From Craspedostauros australis (lineage: Eukaryota): a stretch of 48,276 nucleotides of DNA. Within the stretch, counting starts at the first letter, position 1; each line of letters begins with the position of its first letter. The notes under the pieces were generated by a model. It saw only the letters and a list, made by a program, of their open reading frames with translations. It made no database searches and had not been told where the DNA came from. The position numbers were made by a program, and so were the translations under genes. The stretch covers positions 1 through 48,276 of the forward strand of contig JALAGF010000174.1 in assembly GCA_030167865.1 (NCBI GenBank), read 5' to 3'. Positions 9,339 through 20,061 of the stretch are shown here, in pieces.

Positions 9339-12044
9339 TCAATTCCCTCCATCTTCCGTGTCCTGCACATTTCCTCCGTCACCACCGCCGTCGCTAGCTC
9401 CGTCGCTGTCGTCGCCAATGTTGACATCATCGTCGTCGTCGTCGTCGGGCACGCTGTTGGTTGGTTCCAAGGTCACCATCATTCCCAGCGTCAGGCACGG
9501 AGGCGGCATGTCGTAAACGATGATTTCTCCAGTGGTGATGGAGTCTTCGTTCGTTTCGTCTTCCGCCCGTGTCAAGTGCCGTTGCAGTTGCCTTCGTCTG
9601 AGCTGAGGCGAGGTGGGTTCCGGCGTTTCGATTCCAAATGAGAATGGTGCCGCGGTCAACCTTGGTCCCGCGGTTGGTGCTTGTGATGCTTCCGTCGGCT
9701 CACTGGTATCACCAACCGTCGGAGACGCTGTCACTATTGTTGGGATCAATGTCGGCATGAAGGTCGGCGTCAACGTCGGTGCCTGAGAGATAGGTGAGCT
9801 CTGTCCGTCATTGGGATCGAGGTCATCATCCCTCGTCTGTACAAGCGATGGTGCCGGTGTCCCAAATCCAAACGAAACTGGCCTCGCGGTGAGAACCGGA
9901 ACAGGCATTTCCGTCGGTATACGCGTGGGCATCGCTGTTGGTGCTTCGGTTGCGATATCCTCGGCAGATGGTTCTGGCGTCTGAATCCCAAACGACACGG
10001 GTCTCGCAGTCAACTCTATCGTGGGCTCCTTCGTGGTCGGAGACGACGTCGGTGAGAATGTGACAGGAGACGGTGTCGGGTCGCTAGTTTGCACCGGTGC
10101 CACTGTTGGCTGCGATGTTTGGACAGGTGCCGTTGGCAGCTGAGTCGGTGACGCTGTGGGTACAGCTGGCTGTACTTCAGCCGGTGGCTCTGTTGGCTTT
10201 GCCTCGAACGTGAACGCTAGTTGAGGCGCGAGCGCTCCTGATTGAAACTCGCGGCTGCGTAGCAGGACGCCCATCTCGTTGTTGCCATCTCCGCGGCTGT
10301 CTACCAAGAAGTAAACCATCTGTTGGTCGACCTGCGTTGGATCTGCAGAATCCAGCGCGATGAGTTTCGTGACTTCAATGTTGAACCGGCCGATATCACC
10401 AGGTAGCGTGAATGAGACGGAACCCAATTCGGTGGGTCGTTTGAACGTTCCTTGGTCCACCGACTCGAGATCGCCCGTAGGTGCCTCGATTCTGGAGATG
10501 GTCATTTGCGGTGGCGGTTGGCGGTTGGGATCTATACCGACAATCTGATCCATCGTGATCAACACTTTGATTTCGAATGGCGTATCTGACAGCATCAGCC
10601 TTCTCTCTCGTGGCTGCTCTTGCTCGTCTTGCCGTTGTTGCTGCTCGCCAAGCCTGCGACTTTGGATATTGGATGCACCTGTGACATCGAAGACCTCTGC
10701 GAGATCAAACGCCATGATTGCATAGGAATTTATGGAATCGCTGTTTTGAATCAAGAGAAAGTCCTCATCTCCAAATGAATCCCCAGGTATATCGTCTCGG
10801 ATCGTCGTATCTGCGGCGGGTACTACATTTACCTGGTCCGGCACAACGAGCACAAACGAGGTTGGTGCCGACGTCGGGCTGGTCGTCGGGATTTCTGTCG
10901 GCTGGTCAAAGACAATGGGTGGTGGCGTTGGGGCGAAGGTCGGCAACCCAGTGTTGATGACATCCGATGGAGCATCAGCGGCTGTCGGGGACTCTGTTAT
11001 TTGCTGATCCATCTGGGTTGGGGCAAAGGTGGAATTGACGAAAGCAGTTGGGACGTTGCTTTCCTGCCCACCCTCGTCCACGCCTTCTTTGTCATCGCCA
11101 ATCCCAATGTCCGGCACACCCTCGAAGACATCTACCTTGCCCTGACCGATGTAGACGGCGCCCACCGCAACGCCTCCGCAAATGAAGAGAAATATGCATA
11201 TGCAGAAGGCGCAGAGCTTGCGCGTGTCCTGGTTGGGCTCGAATGTTGGCAACTTCTGCCGAATGCGAGAAGCAAAGCCGCCTTGACCATGGTAGACGGT
11301 CGGTGTGGGACCACCGTCCACGGAGGCGGCGCCTGGATACATCGCGGTCGTCAATTCGTCATCCATCATCATGGATTGGTGATCGCCGACGATGACGCTG
11401 CCCGGCGGTCCTGAGAAAGAGCGCTGGTCGCCGGAATCGTTCCATGCGTAGGAATTGCTGGAGTGATGGTGTGGCGGTTGCCTACCGTTCTGTGAACGCA
11501 GATCGTGAGGCGAGTAGCCGCCCACGTAGCCGCTCCCATGCATGCTGCCATGGCCCCTGCTGTGATACGAGCCACGAGAATGGTGGCTGCCACCCATGCT
11601 CATGCTCCTATTCCCGCTGTAATGACCCCTGGAGTGGTTGCTGCCGCCTCCTGCCACCACCAACGCGGTGGAGTGGCGCTGACTGTTGTTCCGGTTGGAT
11701 GCGGATCTCCCCATCCTTCCTCTGCCTTGGTTCGACGGACGCCTGCCCATATTGTGCGCGCTGCCAGACATGCCCTCATCGTCGAAGTGTTCCATGTTGC
11801 CTCGATGGCTCATGACGCGATTGGCCGTGGGATCCACCTCCTCGTAGCTGTAGTTGCTCTCGCTCTCCTCGATGTCCTCGCTTTCGCTGGCATCTTCGTC
11901 GCCGAATAGATCGTAGCTCTTGTCATCGTCATCGTAGTCATCCTGGCCATGATCTCGGTTGCTGCTCTCATCTTCCGTGAACTCCTCTCCGAACGAAGAG
12001 CTTTCCGAATACGAATCCGAATCGTCGGGATGTCGCCCTGACAT
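9339..12044 (-). CDS. Type II single-pass membrane protein with PT-rich mucin-like stalks and a DNRLRE/CBM96-like domain (901 aa)
   Basis: No signal peptide and one TM helix (LCAFCICIFLFICGGVAVGAVYI). Many PTxxPT repeats. The globular segment reads PAADTTI...FLLI...MAFDL...LRSRE...APQLAFTF. Confidence 0.75.
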   Translation of the reverse strand: MSGRHPDDSDSYSESSSFGEEFTEDESSNRDHGQDDYDDDDKSYDLFGDEDASESEDIEESESNYSYEEVDPTANRVMSHRGNMEHFDDEGMSGSAHNMGRRPSNQGRGRMGRSASNRNNSQRHSTALVVAGGGSNHSRGHYSGNRSMSMGGSHHSRGSYHSRGHGSMHGSGYVGGYSPHDLRSQNGRQPPHHHSSNSYAWNDSGDQRSFSGPPGSVIVGDHQSMMMDDELTTAMYPGAASVDGGPTPTVYHGQGGFASRIRQKLPTFEPNQDTRKLCAFCICIFLFICGGVAVGAVYIGQGKVDVFEGVPDIGIGDDKEGVDEGGQESNVPTAFVNSTFAPTQMDQQITESPTAADAPSDVINTGLPTFAPTPPPIVFDQPTEIPTTSPTSAPTSFVLVVPDQVNVVPAADTTIRDDIPGDSFGDEDFLLIQNSDSINSYAIMAFDLAEVFDVTGASNIQSRRLGEQQQRQDEQEQPRERRLMLSDTPFEIKVLITMDQIVGIDPNRQPPPQMTISRIEAPTGDLESVDQGTFKRPTELGSVSFTLPGDIGRFNIEVTKLIALDSADPTQVDQQMVYFLVDSRGDGNNEMGVLLRSREFQSGALAPQLAFTFEAKPTEPPAEVQPAVPTASPTQLPTAPVQTSQPTVAPVQTSDPTPSPVTFSPTSSPTTKEPTIELTARPVSFGIQTPEPSAEDIATEAPTAMPTRIPTEMPVPVLTARPVSFGFGTPAPSLVQTRDDDLDPNDGQSSPISQAPTLTPTFMPTLIPTIVTASPTVGDTSEPTEASQAPTAGPRLTAAPFSFGIETPEPTSPQLRRRQLQRHLTRAEDETNEDSITTGEIIVYDMPPPCLTLGMMVTLEPTNSVPDDDDDDDVNIGDDSDGASDGGGDGGNVQDTEDGGN

Positions 12045-13211
12045 GATCCCTCAATTGAAGTGGCGATGAGCGTGTGGCAATAGCAGCAGCAACTGTTGCA
12101 GTGGGAATGGGAGTATGTCGGTTTTGTATAATTGGTAGAGTAGTGCCTCTCTTGATGATGATGGTGCTGATGCTGCGGCAACCTTGCAAGAATGGAAATG
12201 ACGGAGCGCACGATTACCGCCCCCCTTCCTTCACTTCGCAATCGGTCTGTGGGTGGAGGCGGCGTTGCTGGTCTGAGACAAGAGGCAATGGAGATGGCTG
12301 TGACAACTGCGATCGCCCGATCCAATTCGAAACTCAATTTCGCTCAATCTCGATGACCCTCGAACTGCTCTCTTCGGCGATCCTCTCCTGATCCAAAGTG
12401 CGCTGTTGCGTTCCCCTCTTCACTTGGCTTGTCGTCGTTGTGTTGTGCTGTGTTGTATTGTGGCTCGTCTCATACGAACGCTCGGCTCAATCATGTAGCC
12501 ATCAGAGGAATGAGGAGAGCATGAGAAATCGGAAAGAGACAGCACAAAGGGTTCCTCCGTTGGTCTGCTTTCTTGGTTTGCCACCAACTTTGCTTGCGTT
12601 GTTCGCTTCCACGAAGACAACAACAAGGAGGAAAAACAACAGAGAAATCGTGTTGGGTTCATTGTGTTGCTCTTGACGGTACTGGGCGGTCATTGCCGTG
12701 TCGCTTGGCGCTTTTCAGTTCGCCACTCCCACTGGTAAAATCGTTGAGTCTTGGCCACCGTAGAGTGTCCTGATATTGTCACAGCGGCACTTGTTGGGTC
12801 ATTTGTTGTCATTCGCTGTACACACGATCGTGTCAATCACGAACCACCTGGATTTGTGCGTTCGCGACAACAAACAGAACACAAGGCCATTGATCGAACG
12901 AGTCGTAGACACGTCTACTTTTTTCTGTTGCGTGTTGTTCGTGAAGGTCATCAAAATCCGCGAAAGCGCGCGTGTCGTTGTTCGACACGATCCGATTGTG
13001 CCTCCGCGGACAAAGACAGAAAGAGAGTTTGTTGCCATCGCGAGTGAACAAACAGAGAGAGAAATGAAGATGAGACAGTTCATTTTGTTGGAGCGTTGCG
13101 AGTGCTCCAAACATCGTCGATGCATGTGACGATGACAATCAGAGGCAACTGACGACGAACACAACAAGGCAGCGCAGCGCACACTCTCAAAGACAAGCAC
13201 CCGCAACCAAG

Positions 13212-14633
13212 ATGAAGGTGGTTCATTTGGAACGCGAGGAGGCCAGGATGGATGTGGAATCCATCGAGGTTCAGGTGCATCAGTTCTCAGAGCTTTACCA
13301 CAAGAGCGGCGAGATTCTCTACTCTCCCACCTTCCGTTGCCATGGCTTGGAATGGAAGCTCAGGCTCAGTCCGGAGCGTCGCATGGTCAGAAGTAGCGGC
13401 AGCATCAGCCGCAACACGAACATGAACATGAATATGAACAATCAGCTCAACGATGACAACATCGATGGCAGCGGCAACGCAGATGATGTCATAACGAAGA
13501 TGTCCATGTACCTGCACGTTGACCAAGGCTCGTGGAAGGACACCGAGGCCTGCACCGTCAAGTACTCCATCAGCATCCCCAAGATCGTCATCTATTGGGA
13601 GCCGGGCATCTGGACCTTCCGCAAGGGCGTCGATCGCGGCCACGGCTGCTCCGTCTCCCTCCGCTCGCAGGACGTCCTCACGAAAGGCTGCATCGACGAT
13701 ACTCTCTCGATCATCGTGGAGATCCATCTGCTGCACGAGGCCAGGCCTCGATTCTGGACGCCCAGGACCAATTTCAATCGCGAGAGACTCAAGGCGTTCA
13801 AGAATGAGATCATGGCGGATGTCACTTTCCTGGTGGGATCCAAGAACACCCACAGTGACAATGGCAACGGCAACGGCAAAACCAATGACAACGAAGGGAG
13901 CAGCAAAGATGAAGCAGCTCGACAGAAACAATCGTACCAGGAGGAGATCAAGGCCAACAGCACCATCCTGCTTCTCGCGGCGCCCTTCATGAAGGACCTT
14001 CTGGAGAGCGGCATGTCGGATTCGGCGTCGCAAACTATCGCCTCCTACAGTCCCTTCAAGAGCAAGCGAACCAGCAGCAACGTCATCCCGCTCCCCAACG
14101 TCAACCCATCCCACTTCCGATTCATCCTGCGCTTCATCTACGCCGACGACACGTCCTTTATCGACAACCAAGTCAGCCAGACGCATCTGCAGGAAATTCT
14201 CAAGACCGCCAACCAATTCGGATGCTGGAGGTTGAAGCTCGTCATCGAACATCGTCTCATCCAGAATCATCTCGTCTACGGCAATTGCGTCGAGATGCTG
14301 CTCTTTGCGCACGTCCATTACTGTGCCATGCTCAAGGAGGCGGCCATCAAGATGGTGTGCCAGTACTGGTCTTCTCTCTTGCACCGTTCCAACTTCTTGC
14401 AGCTGTGCCAATGCACCGACCTGCTCAAGGAGATTCATGAGTACAGCACGGGCGAGACCATGAAGGACACCAAGGAGGATGAGTTCTCCAAGATGTCCGT
14501 GGGAGAATTGTACGAGTGGTTGGAACACGACGACGATGTCTATTTGGAATGCGACATGAGCCGCCCCATGCTCCTCAGCCTGATCCGAGCAACGATGGAG
14601 GCCAGAGAGAAGAAGTTTGAGCAGATAACATGA
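13212..14633 (+). CDS. MATH-BTB/POZ (SPOP-like) Cullin3 substrate adaptor (473 aa)
   Basis: MATH-like segment YSPTFRCHGLEWKLRLSP...MSMYLHV. BTB segment ADVTFLVG...IPLPNVNPSHFRFILRFIYAD...ANQFGCWRLK. BACK-like segment NCVEMLLFAHVHYCAMLKEAAI. Confidence 0.88.
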   Translation: MKVVHLEREEARMDVESIEVQVHQFSELYHKSGEILYSPTFRCHGLEWKLRLSPERRMVRSSGSISRNTNMNMNMNNQLNDDNIDGSGNADDVITKMSMYLHVDQGSWKDTEACTVKYSISIPKIVIYWEPGIWTFRKGVDRGHGCSVSLRSQDVLTKGCIDDTLSIIVEIHLLHEARPRFWTPRTNFNRERLKAFKNEIMADVTFLVGSKNTHSDNGNGNGKTNDNEGSSKDEAARQKQSYQEEIKANSTILLLAAPFMKDLLESGMSDSASQTIASYSPFKSKRTSSNVIPLPNVNPSHFRFILRFIYADDTSFIDNQVSQTHLQEILKTANQFGCWRLKLVIEHRLIQNHLVYGNCVEMLLFAHVHYCAMLKEAAIKMVCQYWSSLLHRSNFLQLCQCTDLLKEIHEYSTGETMKDTKEDEFSKMSVGELYEWLEHDDDVYLECDMSRPMLLSLIRATMEAREKKFEQIT

Positions 14634-15114
14634 TGATCAACGTGCTTGCGTGAACACGTTACGAGCAGGATTGGGGTGTGTGCCATCGCCACTTCCACGG
14701 CTTGCAGCTACGGTCGATGTGCTTTGTGACCAGGTTCGGTATGAAGAACGGACACAGGAGCGAGTATAATATAATCGTATAATGCGTAAATTGAACAGAT
14801 TTGGAGTTGGACAGTTGAAACCTGCGTGCGCATTCCTACGTACGAGGATGTTCTCGTAGATCGAGGCTCCCATCGACTGGATGGGCTGAACGTTGAGACG
14901 TGGACACGCTCTATGGAGGTTCCAATCGTGCCTCTCTCGAAAATGACGAAAGTCATTGGAATCACTGACAAGTCATGTCTGGGCAACCACAACACCACAG
15001 GAACAATCAGCTCCACCCCACATGGGATCAATCCTGCCAACATCACCATCGCTCTGCATTTTTCTTCCAACACCTTCAGCGTGAGGGAAGGACCTCCCTC
15101 CAAAGTGGCCATCG

Positions 15115-16623
15115 ATGAGACACAAGCGCATCGGCTCCGTTCTACCTTCATTTGCTGTTGCCACTACGGTCGCGGTTGCCACGATTTCCACTAGAGCCGT
15201 TCGACCCGTCACAGGGTTGCTGACAAAGACCATTCCGGGTGCTGCAGCCGCATCTTACCAACGCACTCTCTGCAACGCCTTCTTACTCCATCACCGGCGC
15301 GTGTCAACGAAGATGACTCTACACGAGAAGCCAACGACCGTGTGTGGCATTGGGATCGTGTCACGTTTGACCGACGATGACGTTGCATCGACAACATCTA
15401 CGCTAACGGCAACACCGAATATGGAAGCACAAGGCAAGGCGCCCATCGCCACCAAGCTCATAGTCCATTTCGACATCAACGAAACTATATTGCTCGGCGA
15501 TGAAGCCGGCGGCGATTCGTTGCAGGACTCGTTGCAAAAGATGATGGCGAAATCTGCCTTTTGTCGCTTACCGTCCCCTCCAGCACCATCATCATCATCA
15601 GCAGCAGCAGAAATGTCAGATTCGTTGTCGACAGCGTGGGAAGATACGACCAAGCTCACGCCGACTCACTGGTGGGACGGACAGCCCATGGAGACGACTC
15701 ACGCAGATGAGGGAACCGCGATGTTCGTTTCCCCGCCGCCCTTGTACACTGGCTGGCAATGGCCTCCGGGTTGCGCGCCGTATTATCGCACCAAGTACAA
15801 GAAACGGAGCAAATCCTTTTGCGACCATCACGGCAAGGTCTATCATGAATTGGCCCAGCATTGCCACGCCCAGTTGGAGCAATCGCAGCACGGATGTCCC
15901 ATCCTGCCGGCATTTTGGACCACGTTGGAGCACTTGTCCCAAAACCGTGACCAGCAACCATTCGCTATTGTATTTCGAACCTTTGGGAATGACCTGCCAG
16001 ATCTTGCACAAGCAGTGACCCAGTATGTCCGGGATCATGCGGATACGCTTTCCAATCCACACTCCGATTTGGAGCTCTCGATGGATCAGCTGTATCAAGG
16101 TCGCTGGAAGCAGATCGACGATCCTAACCATGCAGAATCATCTCGGTGGATCTATCAATTGTGGGATTACGAAGAAACTAAAATCGTGGCTTCGGGCGAT
16201 GATGCCATCTTGAGACTGTTGCAAGCATTGCCAATCTGCGGCATCCGGGATGACTACAACCACTGGGCGAGCAACGGATTTCACCCGAGCACAGGGAAAC
16301 CTGTTTGGATTCCCTCCTGGTCATCTATGGCGGGCGACTCAAAGACGTACGATCACCACGTCATCTTTGATGACAACATTCACAACCTCCCGAATGATGG
16401 GATCGCATGCATGCGTCAGGAGGTGACGAACACGGCTAATGCTAGTGTTCGCGAATTCAGGTCGATGCAAGAGGTCGATCGATGGAGGGAGTTGCACGGC
16501 TTGCATTTCTTCCGAACGCCGACCATCGAACCTGTTTTGAACGCCCGTTGGTTCATCGAATGTTTGGAGCATGCGCAAGCACGGCTCCAAGTGGAACTGC
16601 ACACGAGTAGAGTCAGCACATAG
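15115..16623 (+). CDS. Conserved uncharacterised protein with HAD-like motifs (502 aa; start uncertain)
   Basis: Intact ORF containing LIVHFDINETI (motif I-like), IVFRTFGNDL and HVIFDDNI (motif IV-like). The basic, hydroxylated N-terminus may be an organelle presequence. Confidence 0.65.
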   Translation: MRHKRIGSVLPSFAVATTVAVATISTRAVRPVTGLLTKTIPGAAAASYQRTLCNAFLLHHRRVSTKMTLHEKPTTVCGIGIVSRLTDDDVASTTSTLTATPNMEAQGKAPIATKLIVHFDINETILLGDEAGGDSLQDSLQKMMAKSAFCRLPSPPAPSSSSAAAEMSDSLSTAWEDTTKLTPTHWWDGQPMETTHADEGTAMFVSPPPLYTGWQWPPGCAPYYRTKYKKRSKSFCDHHGKVYHELAQHCHAQLEQSQHGCPILPAFWTTLEHLSQNRDQQPFAIVFRTFGNDLPDLAQAVTQYVRDHADTLSNPHSDLELSMDQLYQGRWKQIDDPNHAESSRWIYQLWDYEETKIVASGDDAILRLLQALPICGIRDDYNHWASNGFHPSTGKPVWIPSWSSMAGDSKTYDHHVIFDDNIHNLPNDGIACMRQEVTNTANASVREFRSMQEVDRWRELHGLHFFRTPTIEPVLNARWFIECLEHAQARLQVELHTSRVST

Positions 16624-16921
16624 GCACACTTCGTCCGAGGATGCAATCGCAAGGATGAAAGTAGTAGTCTGCGAGCTCAGCAACATTGAATTCTTCCTCT
16701 GCTCGCGCAACGTTGTGTGCATTCTGTCGCGATGGAGACTGGTTGCTCGTGCGAATGAAACATGGTGCATCCAAGGAAGTGTAATACTTGTACTACTCGT
16801 CGTGTCCCCGCATAAACTGTTGTAATTTTGATACTCCCATACATTCTGTTGCGCCATTCAATCGTCGTTGCCAAAGAAGTTCCCTCCTTGACGGATGCAA
16901 CCACCATGATCGTCCTTATCA

Positions 16922-19900
16922 TCAAAAGAAGTCTGAGACATGCTCATCTTTCAGCATGACTGATGCAGCCGCTTCTTCAGCATACACTTGCTGTTGCAAT
17001 GCAGATGCATTACCATCGTCATCGCCATCGTCATCGCCATCGCCATCGTTGCCGTCGCCATGGTTTCCGCCACCGGTGTATGTTGTTGCCGCTGGTATGC
17101 TGGGCCGCGTAATTTGTTCCAACTCCGGATCCCACAGCTCTTTGGTTCCATTCGACACGATGCGGCCTTGATTCGTGAATGCTGTCCGCAGAAGGCATGC
17201 CTGGATACGCCCGGTGTTATCACGGGAGGGCTCTTCGGTGCCAGCTGCACAGATCCGCATCGCCTGCGGATGATATGGACTCCTCCAGGCAGTGGACTTG
17301 CCTGTGCGCCCACTTTTGGATTTCCGACGCGCCGAAAATGGCTGCATTGGCGTCCTTGTCGTAGTCCGATCCACATGCGGTATCTGCAGCACGCATCCCA
17401 TCGGTGCATGGATAGCAATCAAGGATCCTGGTCGCTTTTCGGTGGGCCTGCTTTTGTCTGCGTGCTTGGAAGACTTGGATTTGCCACCGGACTTTCGAGT
17501 GTGCGATGTATGGCGTGCAGCGCTGGCTTTGGAAGTTCGTTGTGGCTGTTGCTTTTCCTCCCGATCTGCAGAGGCATTCGGACGGTCAGCATCGGGGTGG
17601 GGTGGAAGATCGACTTGGGGATGCATGGCATTGATGATATCTGACGATGTCACGTAGAACTGTGACAGCTCGACACTGAGTCTGCCTGGAGGATTGAGCT
17701 GTTCGGTGCGAATATGTTGCAGAGTTTGGATCCATTCATCGAGCATCGCCTCCTCCATGTGAAGTTCTTGTATGTCTTGGATGACGGCATTCTGTTGGCG
17801 GACGCTCTCCGCAATCGCGCCTTGTGCAAGCCTCCTGTCGTCGGCCGAAGTGGAGGTACTGACGCTGATTGAGCGGAACATGTCCAAGGGATGCGAAGTC
17901 TTCCAATCCACAAAGTTTGCAACATGACTTTGCTGCAGCAGGTCGATGCCTTGCAGAACATGCACGACGTCGTAGAGCCGCCTTTTGGTGACTTTGAGCA
18001 CGTCGGCGCATACATTGAGGTCGACCATGGTTGAGCCAGTCGCCTGAATGATGGTGAGTTGGAGGTCGTTGTGGTACGGTGTGGCGTTGTGCGGTGCAGT
18101 GCGGTGGTGGAGTTGTTTTGTTTGGAGAACGTGACAATGCGGATGTTGTGCAGAAAAGAAAGACAAAGACAGAGCGCAAGAAGAGAAGCTATTGCCATGA
18201 GACGACATGACATGAAGCGTGACATGCGAACGGCGAACTTCTGATGATGGTCATCTCTCAGAAATGAAACGAACCCACGGGTGCGCACGCACGCACTCAC
18301 CTCCATGATGATGGCAGAGACTTCGCAGAATCGCAGAGCCAGCTGCCGGATATGAGGACCGGCCGTGAGGGTGGAATCAAATGGCAGGATTTGTTCCAAA
18401 GCTTCCTCTGGTATCTCAGGCGTGTCAACTTGTATGCGCTTGTGGTATCTTGCTTTTTTCTTGGGTGGAGATGGTGTCTCAGGTGGCTCTGTGGGCGGAG
18501 CCTTCTGTTTGTGTCTTTGCTTGGAATCGGCGTCGTCAGGTTGCGAATTGGAAAGTGAGCTCTTTGGTGGAACCGCTTTCTTCTTTGAGTTGATGATGTG
18601 TTTCCGCGGCCTTGATGATGCCGATGATGGTCCAGTTCTTGCCGTCGTCGTTGTTGTTGTTGTTGTGATTACGGGCGGTGGTTTTGGATGGGCTTTGGAC
18701 GGAACATACTTTGATGGTTTGGTCTTGATCTTCGTTGCAACCTTTTTTGCAGCTGCTTTGGACGCAGCGCTGGACGATGCCGTCGGAGACTTGCTCACTG
18801 CCGACTTCGATGCCCCAGTTGGCAGCGGTGACGTTGAAGACGAAGAAGGTCCTGCACTCTTCTTGTTGATGAGTTTGTTCTGTGCTTTGGTTGTGGTCAC
18901 CGTGGTAGGTATCTTTCTCTTCGCCGGCGATACTGACTTTGCCTTGGATATCGTTTTTTGCTTTGGTGATGTTTTGAGCGCCGTCTTCTTTCCTGCTTTC
19001 GGTATCGTCTTTGATGCTGTCTTCGATGCTGTCTTTGGTTCTGCTTTTGACACTGCCTTCGATGCTGTCTTCGATGCTGCCTTTGATGTTGCCTTCGATG
19101 TTGTCTTTGGTCCTCCCTTTGACGCTGTCTTTGACATTGCCTTCGATGTTGCGCCGGACTTGGTTTGGAGTTGAGCCTTCGAGGAGGCCTTGTTCGTCGT
19201 TGAGTTGGTGGTGGTGCTGGCCTTTGATGATTGTGGAGGTGCCTTGCGCTGATTGGAAGGTCGCACATCGGTTCCTGCCGAAGTTGCTGACTGTGATTTC
19301 CTCATGGTCGGCGGCGCAGACTTCGACCTCGCCTTTGGCTTTGGCTTGGTCTTCGCACTCGAGGCTGACTTCGAGGCTGATTTAGGAGTTGACTTCGAGC
19401 TTGATTTCGAGGCTGATTTCGGTTTGGGTTTGGCTGCAATCTTTGACTTTGAAGGTGTGGCACTCTTGGTTTTGGTCTGCTTTTTGGGAGTCTGGGGCTT
19501 CTTTGATGATTTGGAGACGGTAGATGGAGCATGTTTGACAGGAGGTGATGATGGGCTGCTTTGATGCAGTGGAGACTTTCCCGATGGCACGTTGCTGATC
19601 CCAGTGTCGCCACTGCCTTGTTGCGCGGACTTCTGCTGCTGCTTCTTCTTACGAATTGACTTGTTGGTGCCCGAAGCAGTTCCTGAAGCAGTTCCTGAAG
19701 CAGTTCCTGAAGCAGTTCCTGAAGCAGTGCCCACAGCCCGATCATCACCAGCACCGACGCTGACACCGGCATCGTTGGAGGCCGTGCGCCCCTGTGTATC
19801 TCTTATCAGCGTTGGCATGGCAGGTTGCTTGCGAACGTGCGAGTTGGTCGTTGTCTTTGCTTTTGCTTTTGAGCTTGCCTTTGCCTTTGAGCTTGCTGCT

Positions 19901-20061
19901 GCCTTGGAAGGCGCTGTTTGTCTTGGTGGTCCCTCGGACTCTGTCGATGAATCGTCTCCGTGATTGTGATGTCGTGCTGCCTTTGCGAGAGCTGCTGTGG
20001 CTGCTGCGATTGATGCGGTGGTGGGTATCGTGAAGCCTTTCTTGGTGGGAGGCGGCACCAT
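16922..20061 (-). CDS. E2F: E2F-family transcription factor (2 exons: 20061-18301, 18043-16922; ~960 aa)
   Basis: Phase-0 intron GTGAGT(18300)...TTCAG(18044). Winged-helix segment VDLNVCADVLKVTKRRLYDVVHVLQGIDLL. Coiled coil IQELHMEEAMLDEWI and marked box YVTSSDI...LIAIHAPMG. The C-terminal DEHVSDFF resembles the RB-binding motif. Confidence 0.88.
19673..19728. repeat. Coding 12-bp minisatellite (GAAGCAGTTCCT)x4-5 encoding GTAS repeats in E2F
   Basis: Direct tandem copies are visible in the sequence. Confidence 0.9.

Noticed and set aside
13287..14528. 413 aa minus-strand ORF
   Set aside because: Antisense shadow of the MATH-BTB gene.
18365..19174. 269 aa hydrophobic FDA-repeat ORF
   Set aside because: Reverse-complement reading of the SKTA repeats of E2F exon 1.
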